Origin: a bacterium
GTDB lineage: Bacteria; UBP7; UBA6624; JBBIMK01
Assembly (NCBI GenBank): GCA_037444445.1
Contig: JBBIMK010000009.1
Coordinates: forward strand, 32,438 to 64,437
Reading direction: 5' to 3'
Length of the DNA stretch: 32,000 nucleotides
Shown here piece after piece: positions 1 to 9,157 of the stretch. The position numbers and the translations under genes were made by a program. A model generated the notes under the pieces. That model was not told where the DNA came from. It saw only the letters and a program-made list of their open reading frames with translations, and searched no databases. Numbering within the stretch: the stretch's first letter is position 1; each line of letters opens with the position of its first letter.

Positions 1-34
1 TTTCCCGCCATTGGCTCCCAGCCATTTCTTTGCC

Positions 35-1237
35 TCAAACGGTTCCCCCGGCGCCCGCAGGGGGCTGGGGCTGCTCTTCTATCCGCAAAGTCACCAGTCG
101 GAACACACCGCCCCGCCGAATGAAAAATTCCACCGAGTCCCCCACTGACATACTCCGAATCATCTTCCGAAGTTCAAAGGCATCTTTGTATACTTTCCCG
201 TTAACGGAGTAAATCACATCCCCGGCGGCAAGCCCCGCCTGCTCCGCCGGCGAGCCCGGAAAAACCCCCTTGATTTTTACCGGATATTTCATTCCCTTGT
301 AAAATTCATCTAATCTCAGAATCTCTTCCTTGATATAACGCTGAATATCCTGCTGTGGATTAAACCCCTGCTCTACACCGGGCCAGCCACCGATATAAGT
401 AGGATTCCTCTCCTGAGGGGTCCAGAAGATGAAGAGCCCTGCCCACGGGTAAATCACCCGCCCGTATTTTAAGATGTCTTCCGCACTCTTCTTCGCATCG
501 TTGATGGGGTAGAAAAGATTTTGTGCCTCCATCGCACTGGAACCCCAGGAGTTAATCCCAATCTGCTCGCCCCGGGCATTAAAAGTGGCTCCCCCGCTGT
601 TACCGGCATTGATGGTGGCCGTGGATTGAATTATCCAGGTGAGTTCCTTACCATAGTCCGGATTATTGAAAACATCCTCCGCACTCATCAGCGGAAATGG
701 ATATTCAAAATCCTTCACAATACCCACCGTTACAGTGTTCACCAGCTGGAACTCTTTGAGCCGGAATCCCGGGTTGAATTGCTCAATCATAAATCCTAAG
801 GAGGCATCGCCGGGAGAGCCAATGGCGAAAACCAGGTCATTTTTCTGAATCTTCTCAGAATCCGCCAGGTCTACATACGGGAAGACTCTGGGTTCCGGGG
901 TGATGATTTTCACCAGGCCGAAATCCACCTTCACATTAGTGCCCACCACTTTCCCGGGAAGCACCTCCCCATTATCCAGAGTAATATCTACGAGTTTAGC
1001 GGAGGTGACCACATGCCAGTTGGTGTAGATATAGCCATCCGGCGAGACGATGGAGCCGCTTCCTCCACCCCCCCCTGCTCCACCGGGGCTCCGATGTAAC
1101 ACCCGAACCATGGCAGGCTTCACTTTCGCCACCACCGGCGTCAGGTCCATCGTCGCTATCCCTTCCGCTCCCTGCTCCTCCGTTGCTTCCAGCGACAGCA
1201 CCATAAAAGAAAGCAAAAGGATAGAAAGTTTTTTCAT
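35..1237 (-). CDS. htrA: HtrA/DegP-family periplasmic serine protease with C-terminal PDZ domain (catalytic triad intact)
   Basis: From ORF 35..1258. Signal peptide MKKLSILLLSFMVLS. Trypsin-fold motifs are present: YTNWHVV (His), VDFGLVKI (Asp) and INAGNSGGA (Ser). PDZ-like segment GSPAEQAGLAAGDVIYSVNGK. I prefer the ATG at 1237 over the GTG at 1258 because GGAGGG lies 8 nt upstream and the start forms an ATGA overlap with the upstream gene's stop. Confidence 0.85.
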   Translation of the reverse strand: MKKLSILLLSFMVLSLEATEEQGAEGIATMDLTPVVAKVKPAMVRVLHRSPGGAGGGGGSGSIVSPDGYIYTNWHVVTSAKLVDITLDNGEVLPGKVVGTNVKVDFGLVKIITPEPRVFPYVDLADSEKIQKNDLVFAIGSPGDASLGFMIEQFNPGFRLKEFQLVNTVTVGIVKDFEYPFPLMSAEDVFNNPDYGKELTWIIQSTATINAGNSGGATFNARGEQIGINSWGSSAMEAQNLFYPINDAKKSAEDILKYGRVIYPWAGLFIFWTPQERNPTYIGGWPGVEQGFNPQQDIQRYIKEEILRLDEFYKGMKYPVKIKGVFPGSPAEQAGLAAGDVIYSVNGKVYKDAFELRKMIRSMSVGDSVEFFIRRGGVFRLVTLRIEEQPQPPAGAGGTV

Positions 1238-2274
1238 CTTTTCATCCCTCCTTTCCACTCGGCGATGGTCACATCTCGCTCAAGGATGCGGCCATCCCGC
1301 CAGATTTTCACTGAAAAAGTATCCCCGATATTCAACTGATTCACAGGAATCCAGAAGTCCTGAGGCAGGGTAAGAGATTTCCCCCCCAGTTCCAGCAGGA
1401 AATCGTTGGCACGAATCCCCGCTTTATCGGCTGGACTCCCCTCATCTACGAAAGTAACAAATAGTCCATAATCATACGGGTATCCGTAGCGGGTTCGCTG
1501 GGTGTCATCCACCACCAGCAAAGATACCCCGGTCCAGGGGCGGGCGAATCGCCCCTTCTCCACTATCTCCTTCACCACTCTCCGCACCGTATTCACCGGA
1601 ATGGCAAAGTGCAAGTATAATTCCTTATATTGCTGACGCAGGAAAGTAAGAACCCCCACCACTTCTCCTCGGAAATTCAAAAGAGGTCCCCCCTGCATTC
1701 CGTAGGAAATAGGGGCATCCGTTTGAATAAAGGTAGTCACTCCACCTTCCGCCCAGGGTCCCGCGGTGGGCAGTGCAGAAAGTATCCCGAAAGAAGGTGT
1801 GAACAGCCCATTTGAACTCACACCGACGGCAATCAGAGGCTCACCCACTCTCGGTGATTCGTTCTCGGGCAGGAAAGGAACCGCGGTCAGTTTCTCCGCC
1901 CGGATGCGAACCACTGCCACATCCGTCGGCTCATCCATTCCCAACAGCACCCCCTCATAACTTTTCCCATCTGAAAGAATCACCTGGATATAACGGGCAT
2001 ACTTCAAGGTTTGAGCCGTCGTGAGTATATATCCCTTTTTGTCATCAAAAATGAATCCAGAGCCTACTTCCGTAAGGGTTGCGTCACCCAGAATCCCTCG
2101 CTTACGCTCTAAAAAACGAACCTTCACCTGCACCAGAGCCGGTAACACTCCGTTGGAAATATCATTCATCCGCTGGGCATAAGGATGTATTTCCCGGGGC
2201 ACGGTGGTGCCGAAAAGGAACACCATACAGACCCCCCCCACCAGTCCAGCCATTTTCAGCCTGAGTCCTTTCAC
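1234..2274 (-). CDS. HtrA-like protein with PDZ domain; catalytic His and Ser both replaced by Gln (predicted pseudoprotease)
   Basis: ORF of 346 aa. HtrA-like blocks GSGFIFDDKKGYILTTAQTL, PTDVAVVRI and IQTDAPISYGMQGGPLLNFRGEVVGV, plus PDZ-like GSPADKAGIRANDFLLELGGK. GTG start at 2274 with GAGGAGGA 5 nt upstream. N-terminal hydrophobic signal or anchor. Confidence 0.8.
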   Translation of the reverse strand: MKGLRLKMAGLVGGVCMVFLFGTTVPREIHPYAQRMNDISNGVLPALVQVKVRFLERKRGILGDATLTEVGSGFIFDDKKGYILTTAQTLKYARYIQVILSDGKSYEGVLLGMDEPTDVAVVRIRAEKLTAVPFLPENESPRVGEPLIAVGVSSNGLFTPSFGILSALPTAGPWAEGGVTTFIQTDAPISYGMQGGPLLNFRGEVVGVLTFLRQQYKELYLHFAIPVNTVRRVVKEIVEKGRFARPWTGVSLLVVDDTQRTRYGYPYDYGLFVTFVDEGSPADKAGIRANDFLLELGGKSLTLPQDFWIPVNQLNIGDTFSVKIWRDGRILERDVTIAEWKGGMKR

Positions 2275-2287
2275 CGCATTCCTCCTC

Positions 2288-2659
2288 TCATTCCAGTAAT
2301 CCTGTAACTTCCTGTTTTCCGGAGACCTTCAAATTATTGATCACATCCCTCACCTTCTCCACACCTCGGGCAAGGGCCTCTGCTTTTTTCTTCTGCTCCT
2401 CCGTTTCCAGCTCCCCATCCAGGATGACCACCCGATTCTTCACCGTAATTTTCACATTTTTCAACTGAAGGGCAATATAGGGGTCAGAAGCGAGGCTCTC
2501 CAGCACAGTGGTCTGGATGGCCATATCAATGCTTTCCACCGCCATATGCTGGGGCGCCAGAGAAGTTCTCTCCCGCATCGTCCTCCCCTTCCCCTCACAC
2601 GCCACTCCCATTCCTATCGCCAGCACCAGCGCCACAAGTACACTCCCTCTCATCGCCAT
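2288..2659 (-). CDS. BON (OsmY-like) domain protein, secreted or possible lipoprotein
   Basis: ORF of 123 aa. N-terminal signal VLVALVLAIGMGVAC. BON-like core DPYIALQLKNVKITVKNRVVILDGELETEEQKKKAEALARGVEKVRDVINNLKV. Confidence 0.7.
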   Translation of the reverse strand: MAMRGSVLVALVLAIGMGVACEGKGRTMRERTSLAPQHMAVESIDMAIQTTVLESLASDPYIALQLKNVKITVKNRVVILDGELETEEQKKKAEALARGVEKVRDVINNLKVSGKQEVTGLLE

Positions 2660-2719
2660 TGTTCATTTTACCACATCTTTTCTAAAAACTGCAAGTCAAC
2701 TGCTCCTTCTCCGACTCCA

Positions 2720-4060
2720 TCAGACGGAAAGCCCCCGCAAAAGGCTTCGGTCAGGGGTAAACGCCGAGGCCGCCTGGGCTGCATAATTCTGCACCAGGTA
2801 ATATCCCACCCCTCCCACCACCAGCGCAATGAACACCACAGAAATCAGCAAGGCTCCCACGGCATTCCCCCGTCGCATATGCCCGAATTCCGCCAGGGCC
2901 ACGATGGTCAAATACAGCCCCCACAGAAATAGAATTCCTGCAAGCCCATACAGGACAGCGGAGCCCGAAAGAAATGCCATGTCCCCCGCATATCCAGAGA
3001 GAAAAAAAGGCACAAACAGGAAGGATGACCCCTTCCAGACCCAGGGAAAGGTGGTATATTGTCGGAGTATCACCAGAGCGAGGAAGAAACTCACGGAGTA
3101 GACCAGCCAGAGAGCCAGAACAAGGAAAGGAATGAGGTAAGGCCCATAAGTGAGCATTTGCTCATACGGCTGGAGAGCACGGCGCCGAACATCATACAGA
3201 AGCGCCTGCCTCATATCCTCATCCTTCGTCATCTGGTTAATGGCTGACACAGATTGTATCTGAGCCTGAGTCATAACCATCTGGTCAAAGTTTGCCATCA
3301 AATTGTCCGCATTTTGAAACATTCTTGCCGAGGTCAGAGAGCCCGTAAGCAGGACGATAAACAGGGGGTAAAGGAAAGTGGCTCCTCGGGCGGTGTCCCG
3401 GAAAACATCCCCGGGTGCTACCACCAGCCGATAAAGGTCCACCCAGAAATCTTTCCACAAAAAAATCAAAATAATCAACGCCAGAAGAACCATAGAGAAA
3501 GCACCCATATTCCGTCCCGTGACCGTCCAGAATGGGGTTGCCCAGACCAAACGGTAGTTCCCGGTGAATTTCAGCGTCCGAAAAATTTGGTCCACTCCTT
3601 TAACATCGGATGAGAACTCTGCCGCCGGCGCCTCATACCGGAAGAGATAATCCTTCAGAACCGTTGGAATCGCTGCCACATATATCCGCACTGAAGCGCT
3701 CTCCTTCCGAGCCTCCAGGATTTTCACATACTGCCCATCCACCCGTAAAAGCCCTGCATCCGAAACCTTGAACCCCTCCTTTTCCAGTCCTTCCCGGAGA
3801 GCCTTCACTTTCCGGTCCGTTGCCTCCACAGGCCGGTCCAGGAGCTCTTCCTCGGTGGTAATGGTCAAAGTGGCTTTTCCAGAGAATTTCAGCACGAGAG
3901 TTCCCTTCTCCTCGGTAACGGAGAGGGAGGAAGGGTGACGAAAAAAAAGCCCCCATTCTGTGTTGTAATAAGGGGTCGTGCCAAAATTCTGCAATACCGT
4001 GCACCCGGACAGCACTCCCACAAAAGATAACAAAATCCAACCTCTCCTCTTCGCCATCAC
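2720..4060 (-). CDS. Lipoprotein-signal polytopic membrane protein of unknown function (soluble N-terminal domain plus C-terminal multi-TM, Yip1-like region)
   Basis: ORF of 446 aa. Lipobox LLSFVGVLSGC. About 170 aa of soluble domain, then several long hydrophobic segments. The start is GTG at 4060 or ATG at 4057. The family assignment is uncertain. Confidence 0.7.
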   Translation of the reverse strand: MMAKRRGWILLSFVGVLSGCTVLQNFGTTPYYNTEWGLFFRHPSSLSVTEEKGTLVLKFSGKATLTITTEEELLDRPVEATDRKVKALREGLEKEGFKVSDAGLLRVDGQYVKILEARKESASVRIYVAAIPTVLKDYLFRYEAPAAEFSSDVKGVDQIFRTLKFTGNYRLVWATPFWTVTGRNMGAFSMVLLALIILIFLWKDFWVDLYRLVVAPGDVFRDTARGATFLYPLFIVLLTGSLTSARMFQNADNLMANFDQMVMTQAQIQSVSAINQMTKDEDMRQALLYDVRRRALQPYEQMLTYGPYLIPFLVLALWLVYSVSFFLALVILRQYTTFPWVWKGSSFLFVPFFLSGYAGDMAFLSGSAVLYGLAGILFLWGLYLTIVALAEFGHMRRGNAVGALLISVVFIALVVGGVGYYLVQNYAAQAASAFTPDRSLLRGLSV

Positions 4061-4083
4061 TGATGAAAGTGTATGACGAAATC

Positions 4084-4109
4084 ACAAAAAAATCAAGGGA
4101 TTCCTGATT
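4084..4109 (-). terminator. Weak AT-rich hairpin followed by a T7 run (candidate intrinsic terminator or attenuator after groEL)
   Basis: The minus strand reads AATCAGG-AATC-CCTTGATT followed by TTTTTGTG. The stem is about 7 bp and includes one wobble or bulge. It lies about 25 nt upstream of the next gene's start. Confidence 0.35.
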
Positions 4110-4208
4110 TCCACCTCAGAGGATGTTACAGGATGCCAGTGTGGAGCCTTTCCCCTCTTGGCGGGGCGGAGATAGAATCCCCCCTGAATGTATCACCGAG
4201 GAATGCGG

Positions 4209-4234
4209 GTGGGCGAGCCGACAGGCTCGCCCAC
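4209..4234 (-). terminator. GC-rich perfect stem-loop downstream of groEL with no U-tract
   Basis: GTGGGCGAGCC-GACA-GGCTCGCCCAC forms a perfect 11-bp stem, 36 nt after the groEL stop. No T-run follows on either strand, so it may act as a transcript-stabilising or processing hairpin rather than a classical terminator. Confidence 0.4.
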
Positions 4235-4269
4235 GAAACCTGCCTCACCCCTCGGAAAGACAGCGGGTT

Positions 4270-5892
<1,623 letters not shown>

Positions 5893-5908
5893 TCATCCCT
5901 CCTTTTGC

Positions 5909-6199
5909 TTAATCTTCCACGATGGCGAGAATGTCATCTTCCCGGAGGATTAAGTATTCATCCCCCTTATACCGAACCTCATTCCCGCCATATTTGGAAA
6001 ACAGCACCTTCTGCCCTTTCTTCACTTCCATGGAGGCTCTCTGCCCATTCTCCAAAAGCCTTCCGGGTCCCACCGCAATCACCTCACCGAGGATGGGCTT
6101 ATCCTTCGCTACATCCGGTAACACGATGCCGCCTTCACTGACGGCTTCCTTCTCCAGACGCTTCACCACAACCCTGTCTCCTAACGGCTTTAACGCCAT
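5909..6199 (-). CDS. groS: Co-chaperonin GroES (Cpn10)
   Basis: ORF of 96 aa: LKPLGDRVVVKRLEKEAVSEGGIVLPD...GEVIAVGPGR...GDEYLILREDDILAIV. AGGAGG Shine-Dalgarno upstream. Confidence 0.97.
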   Translation of the reverse strand: MALKPLGDRVVVKRLEKEAVSEGGIVLPDVAKDKPILGEVIAVGPGRLLENGQRASMEVKKGQKVLFSKYGGNEVRYKGDEYLILREDDILAIVED

Positions 6200-6234
6200 T
6201 CTCTCTACCTCCTGTTAAAATTTTATTTTCCATT

Positions 6235-6261
6235 TTAGCACTCTCGTGCCTTGACCGCTAA
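6235..6261 (-). promoter_or_regulatory. CIRCE operator (HrcA binding site), imperfect inverted repeat
   Basis: TTAGCACTC-N9-GACCGCTAA against the consensus TTAGCACTC-N9-GAGTGCTAA. One arm is perfect and the other has 2 mismatches. It sits between the -10 box and the groES Shine-Dalgarno site. Confidence 0.8.
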
Positions 6262-6263
6262 TA

Positions 6264-6293
6264 ATTATAGAAGATTCAAAAACCCTGTGTCAA
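6264..6293 (-). promoter_or_regulatory. Sigma70-type promoter of groES-groEL
   Basis: The minus strand reads TTGACA (6293..6288), an 18-nt spacer, then TATAAT (6269..6264). Both hexamers match the consensus perfectly. CIRCE begins 2 nt downstream of the -10 box. Confidence 0.75.
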
Positions 6294-7869
6294 GTCCTTC
6301 CAGTTACCTCTGGTTTCCCACTCATATTCCAGAATTTGAATGGTTGCTCCTTCCTTCTGAAAGGTTTTCAGCAGGCGGAAGTTCCACTCGGCCGCCGCCA
6401 GCACCGGATTCCCCTGCCAGGGCTCCTGATAGGAAAATCCATAATGGGGATGATAGGTGAGCATCATCAACCGATACCCGGGGTATCGGATGGGACGAGG
6501 AACCACCAGCCCCAGCAAATCCACCACTTCGCAGTCGCAGTAATACCCTAAATACCCGATGTCTGTGGAAGAAACGGAAATGGGGGGCTGACCATTCTCC
6601 TTCAGCCACTCCGCCGCTTCCTTCTTCAATTCACTCTTCGTTTTGTGTTCCTGAAGTTCATCCCACAGCCCGGCGGAATGCTCCAGAAAAGACGGAAGCA
6701 AGGCAATGCCAGCCAAAACAAGCCCGAATCCAGCCGCTGGCTTCCATTTCCCCAGCCATTGCCATACTTTCCCTGTTCCGATACTCACCAGCAAAAGATA
6801 AATCGGATAGATGGACATAAAGTACCACGGCGCTATGAGAGCGTGGGTGATGGAGAAAAACACTAAAAAAGTCCAGTGCCACACCATCAGCAACAGCCCT
6901 TCATTTCTTCTCGCCACGATAGAATACATCCCGAACAGGTAAAAGGGGAAGAGAAAAATTTTCAGTGGAGCCAGCGTGTGAATAAAGGGGTTATAAAAGA
7001 AAAAATAACCGAAAACATCATACCCCCCCCTGTGGGTGAATGAAATACTGGGACAGAAGCGAGGTATCTAAAGACCCCATCGCCCCCATCTTCAATCTCC
7101 AGATAACATCCGATAAGTCCTTTTTCGCAAGGAGAGGCTCCGGCAGGAGAACTCCATAATATCCATAAATCAAAAGGGCAGTCAGAAATGAAAAAAGCCC
7201 CAAAAATAGCAGGGTTTTCATTCCCCTTTTCCAGTTTTGATAAAAAAGAAACAGGATTGCCGAGGCATCGTAAAATATGGCTTCCGGTCGTGTGAGAACC
7301 ATTGTCAGCATCACTAAAGACAGGTTGAAAGGCTCTGCCTTCTTCCTCATAAGAACGAGAAGCAGGAAAAACAAAAAGTGAAAAAGTGGCGTTTCCATCC
7401 CCGAGGCTTCAAAAATATGAAAGAAGGGATTCCAGGTGAAAAAAAGGAGGGCAATGGTGGCTGTGCCTCTTCCCCATTCTTCTTTCACAAAAAAATAGAG
7501 GAGGATACAGGTGAATAGAAAAAAAAGCCAGTTCAGGAGGTAAGCCGAAAGAATTCCTTCTACCCCGATAGAAATCAGTCCAGCGTTCAACAGCATAAAA
7601 AGGGGTGCAGAGGTTCCGAAAATCCGCATCCCCGGATTGAACACCGCCCCCAGCCCATCCGCCAGGTTCCGGGCATATCGCAGGGTGATCAGAGCATCGT
7701 CCGTGGGATATTGAACCAGAACATACGCCAGCAAACGAAGAACCGCACCCGTAAGAATCAGCAGGATTGCCGTCTTCTCTGTTTTCCAGTATTTCTTTAC
7801 CTGACGAGTGATTATTTTTCTGCCTGTGCAAATATAAGAAAAACCTGCTATGTGGAAGAGCACACCCAT
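6276..7869 (-). pseudogene. GT-C-fold (ArnT/PMT/arabinosyltransferase-like) polytopic membrane glycosyltransferase-like gene, split by a frameshift at a G8 (plus-strand C8) tract
   Basis: ORFs 7018..7869 (283 aa) and 6276..6929 (217 aa) are both highly hydrophobic. The downstream frame stays open up to 7067 and encodes membrane-like sequence (YDVFGYFFFYNPFIHTLAPLKIFLFPFYLFG). Removing one C from the run at 7023..7030 joins the frames into one ORF of about 530 aa (...FIHPQGG-YDVFGY...). The first-loop motif YPTDDALITLRYARNLADGLG resembles the Asp-containing first extracytoplasmic loop of GT-C enzymes. Confidence 0.6.
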
Positions 7870-7906
7870 ATGCAGTTCAGGAGGTAAAATGTGTCGGGAA
7901 GTGGAT

Positions 7907-9028
7907 TTATTCTTCTAAACCGGCGATCCCGCCTTTGAACTCGGTTCGTGCTTTCCTCAACGAGCGCTGGCGGACGAAAAGTTTGAAATCGTGTGGGCTG
8001 GAAGCCGCATTTAATGCGGTCTCATAGGTGATTTTCCCCTCCGTATATAACTGATACAGGTGCTGGTCAAAAGTCTGCATCCCCTCAAACTCATCCTCTT
8101 CCATAGCCTGGCGGATGAGGGAAAGGTCTTCCCCTTCCTGAATCAATTCTCGGATTCTTGCCGTGGCGACCATAATTTCCATAGCGGGGATGCGTCCCCC
8201 TCCCACCATAGGCAGTAGTCGCTGGCAGAGAATGCTCTCCAGGGTAGTGGCAAGCATTATCCGAATCTGGTTCTGAAACTCTGGTGGGAAGTATTCCACA
8301 ATCCGGTTCAAAGTTTGAACCACATCCATCGTGTGGAGTGTGGTCATCACCAATCTCCCGGTGATGGCCGCCGTGATAGCCGCCATAATGCTTTCCCGGT
8401 CCCGCATCTCTCCAATCATAATGGCATCCGGGTCCTCCCGCAGAATGGTGCGGAGAGCGGAAGCAAAGTCCGAGGTGTCCAGCCCCACTTCCCGCTGGTT
8501 GATGATAGCCTTTTTATCGTAGAACACATACTCAATGGGGTCTTCCACACAGATGATGTGATACGGCTTGTGAAGATTGATGTGCTCAATCATAGTGGCG
8601 AGAGTGGTGGACTTCCCGCTTCCCGTGGTTCCAGTAACAATAATCAGCCCCCGGGGTCGCAGAGAGAGCTGCGCCAGCAGGGGGGGAAGGTTGATCTCTT
8701 CAAAGGTGGGGATGCGAGTTTTCACATGGCGAATAGCAAAGGCGAGGGTTCCTCTCTGGCGGAAGAAGTTCACTCGGAAGCGCCCCTCAATATCCGGCGC
8801 CCGATAGGAGAAGTCCAGTTCATCCCGCTCTTCCAGGAGATGTTCCCGCTTGGCAGTCAGGAGGGTTCGCCCCGCCGCTTCCAGGTCCTCTTCCGTCAGG
8901 ATAGGCAGGTCCGTAGGTTCCAGAATCCCATCAATCCGAAGATAGGGAGGGCGTTCAAACCCCAGATGAAGGTCTGATGCCCCCCGCTCCACCATCATTC
9001 GGAGCAAATCTCTGATGTCTATCGGCAT
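7907..9028 (-). CDS. PilT/PilU-family type IV pilus retraction ATPase (divergent paralog)
   Basis: ORF of 373 aa. N-terminus LLRMMVERGASDLHL. Walker A GTTGSGKSTT, Walker B DPDAIMIGEMRD, His box TTLHT. The RIRELIQEGE segment replaces the canonical AIRNLIRE motif. Confidence 0.85.
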   Translation of the reverse strand: MPIDIRDLLRMMVERGASDLHLGFERPPYLRIDGILEPTDLPILTEEDLEAAGRTLLTAKREHLLEERDELDFSYRAPDIEGRFRVNFFRQRGTLAFAIRHVKTRIPTFEEINLPPLLAQLSLRPRGLIIVTGTTGSGKSTTLATMIEHINLHKPYHIICVEDPIEYVFYDKKAIINQREVGLDTSDFASALRTILREDPDAIMIGEMRDRESIMAAITAAITGRLVMTTLHTMDVVQTLNRIVEYFPPEFQNQIRIMLATTLESILCQRLLPMVGGGRIPAMEIMVATARIRELIQEGEDLSLIRQAMEEDEFEGMQTFDQHLYQLYTEGKITYETALNAASSPHDFKLFVRQRSLRKARTEFKGGIAGLEE

Positions 9029-9064
9029 TCCTCATCGCCCCCTTTGCGTTTCATCTTCATTTTA

Positions 9065-9070
9065 ATTATA
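9065..9070 (-). promoter_or_regulatory. Candidate -10 box (TATAAT) for the downstream PilT-family gene
   Basis: A perfect TATAAT on the minus strand, just after the pilin-operon terminator and about 38 nt upstream of the ATG at 9028. No convincing -35 element is present; the upstream sequence is AT-rich. Confidence 0.3.
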
Positions 9071-9078
9071 CTCTATTT

Positions 9079-9118
9079 ATAAAAATCAGGGGGGTCTCCT
9101 TCAGGAGGAGACCCCCCC
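9079..9118 (-). terminator. Rho-independent terminator ending the pilC-pilin operon
   Basis: Perfect 12-bp GC-rich stem GGGGGGTCTCCT / AGGAGACCCCCC (9089..9100 pairing with 9106..9117) with a 5-nt loop. On the minus strand it is followed by TGATTTTTAT. It lies 40 nt after the stop of the last pilin gene. Confidence 0.85.
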
Positions 9119-9157
9119 ATTATACGGGCGCCCCACAGAATTGGAAATGAACTTTCT

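Noticed and set aside
1068-2239. Further 8-nt homopolymer tracts (C8 at 1068..1075 in htrA and C8 at 2232..2239 in the dead HtrA paralog) as possible phase-variation switches.
   Set aside because: Both are in frame and encode Gly runs (GGGGG and VGG) in intact ORFs. Their presence shows that G8 tracts are tolerated in this genome, which also tempers the phase-variation reading of the tract at 7023..7030.
4061-4269. The 209-nt groEL-to-lipoprotein intergenic region as a possible small RNA gene (6S, SRP RNA or similar).
   Set aside because: It is too short for RNase P RNA or tmRNA. It has no SRP or 6S hallmark motifs or long end-to-end pairing. The two hairpins are adequately explained as terminator or stabiliser structures.
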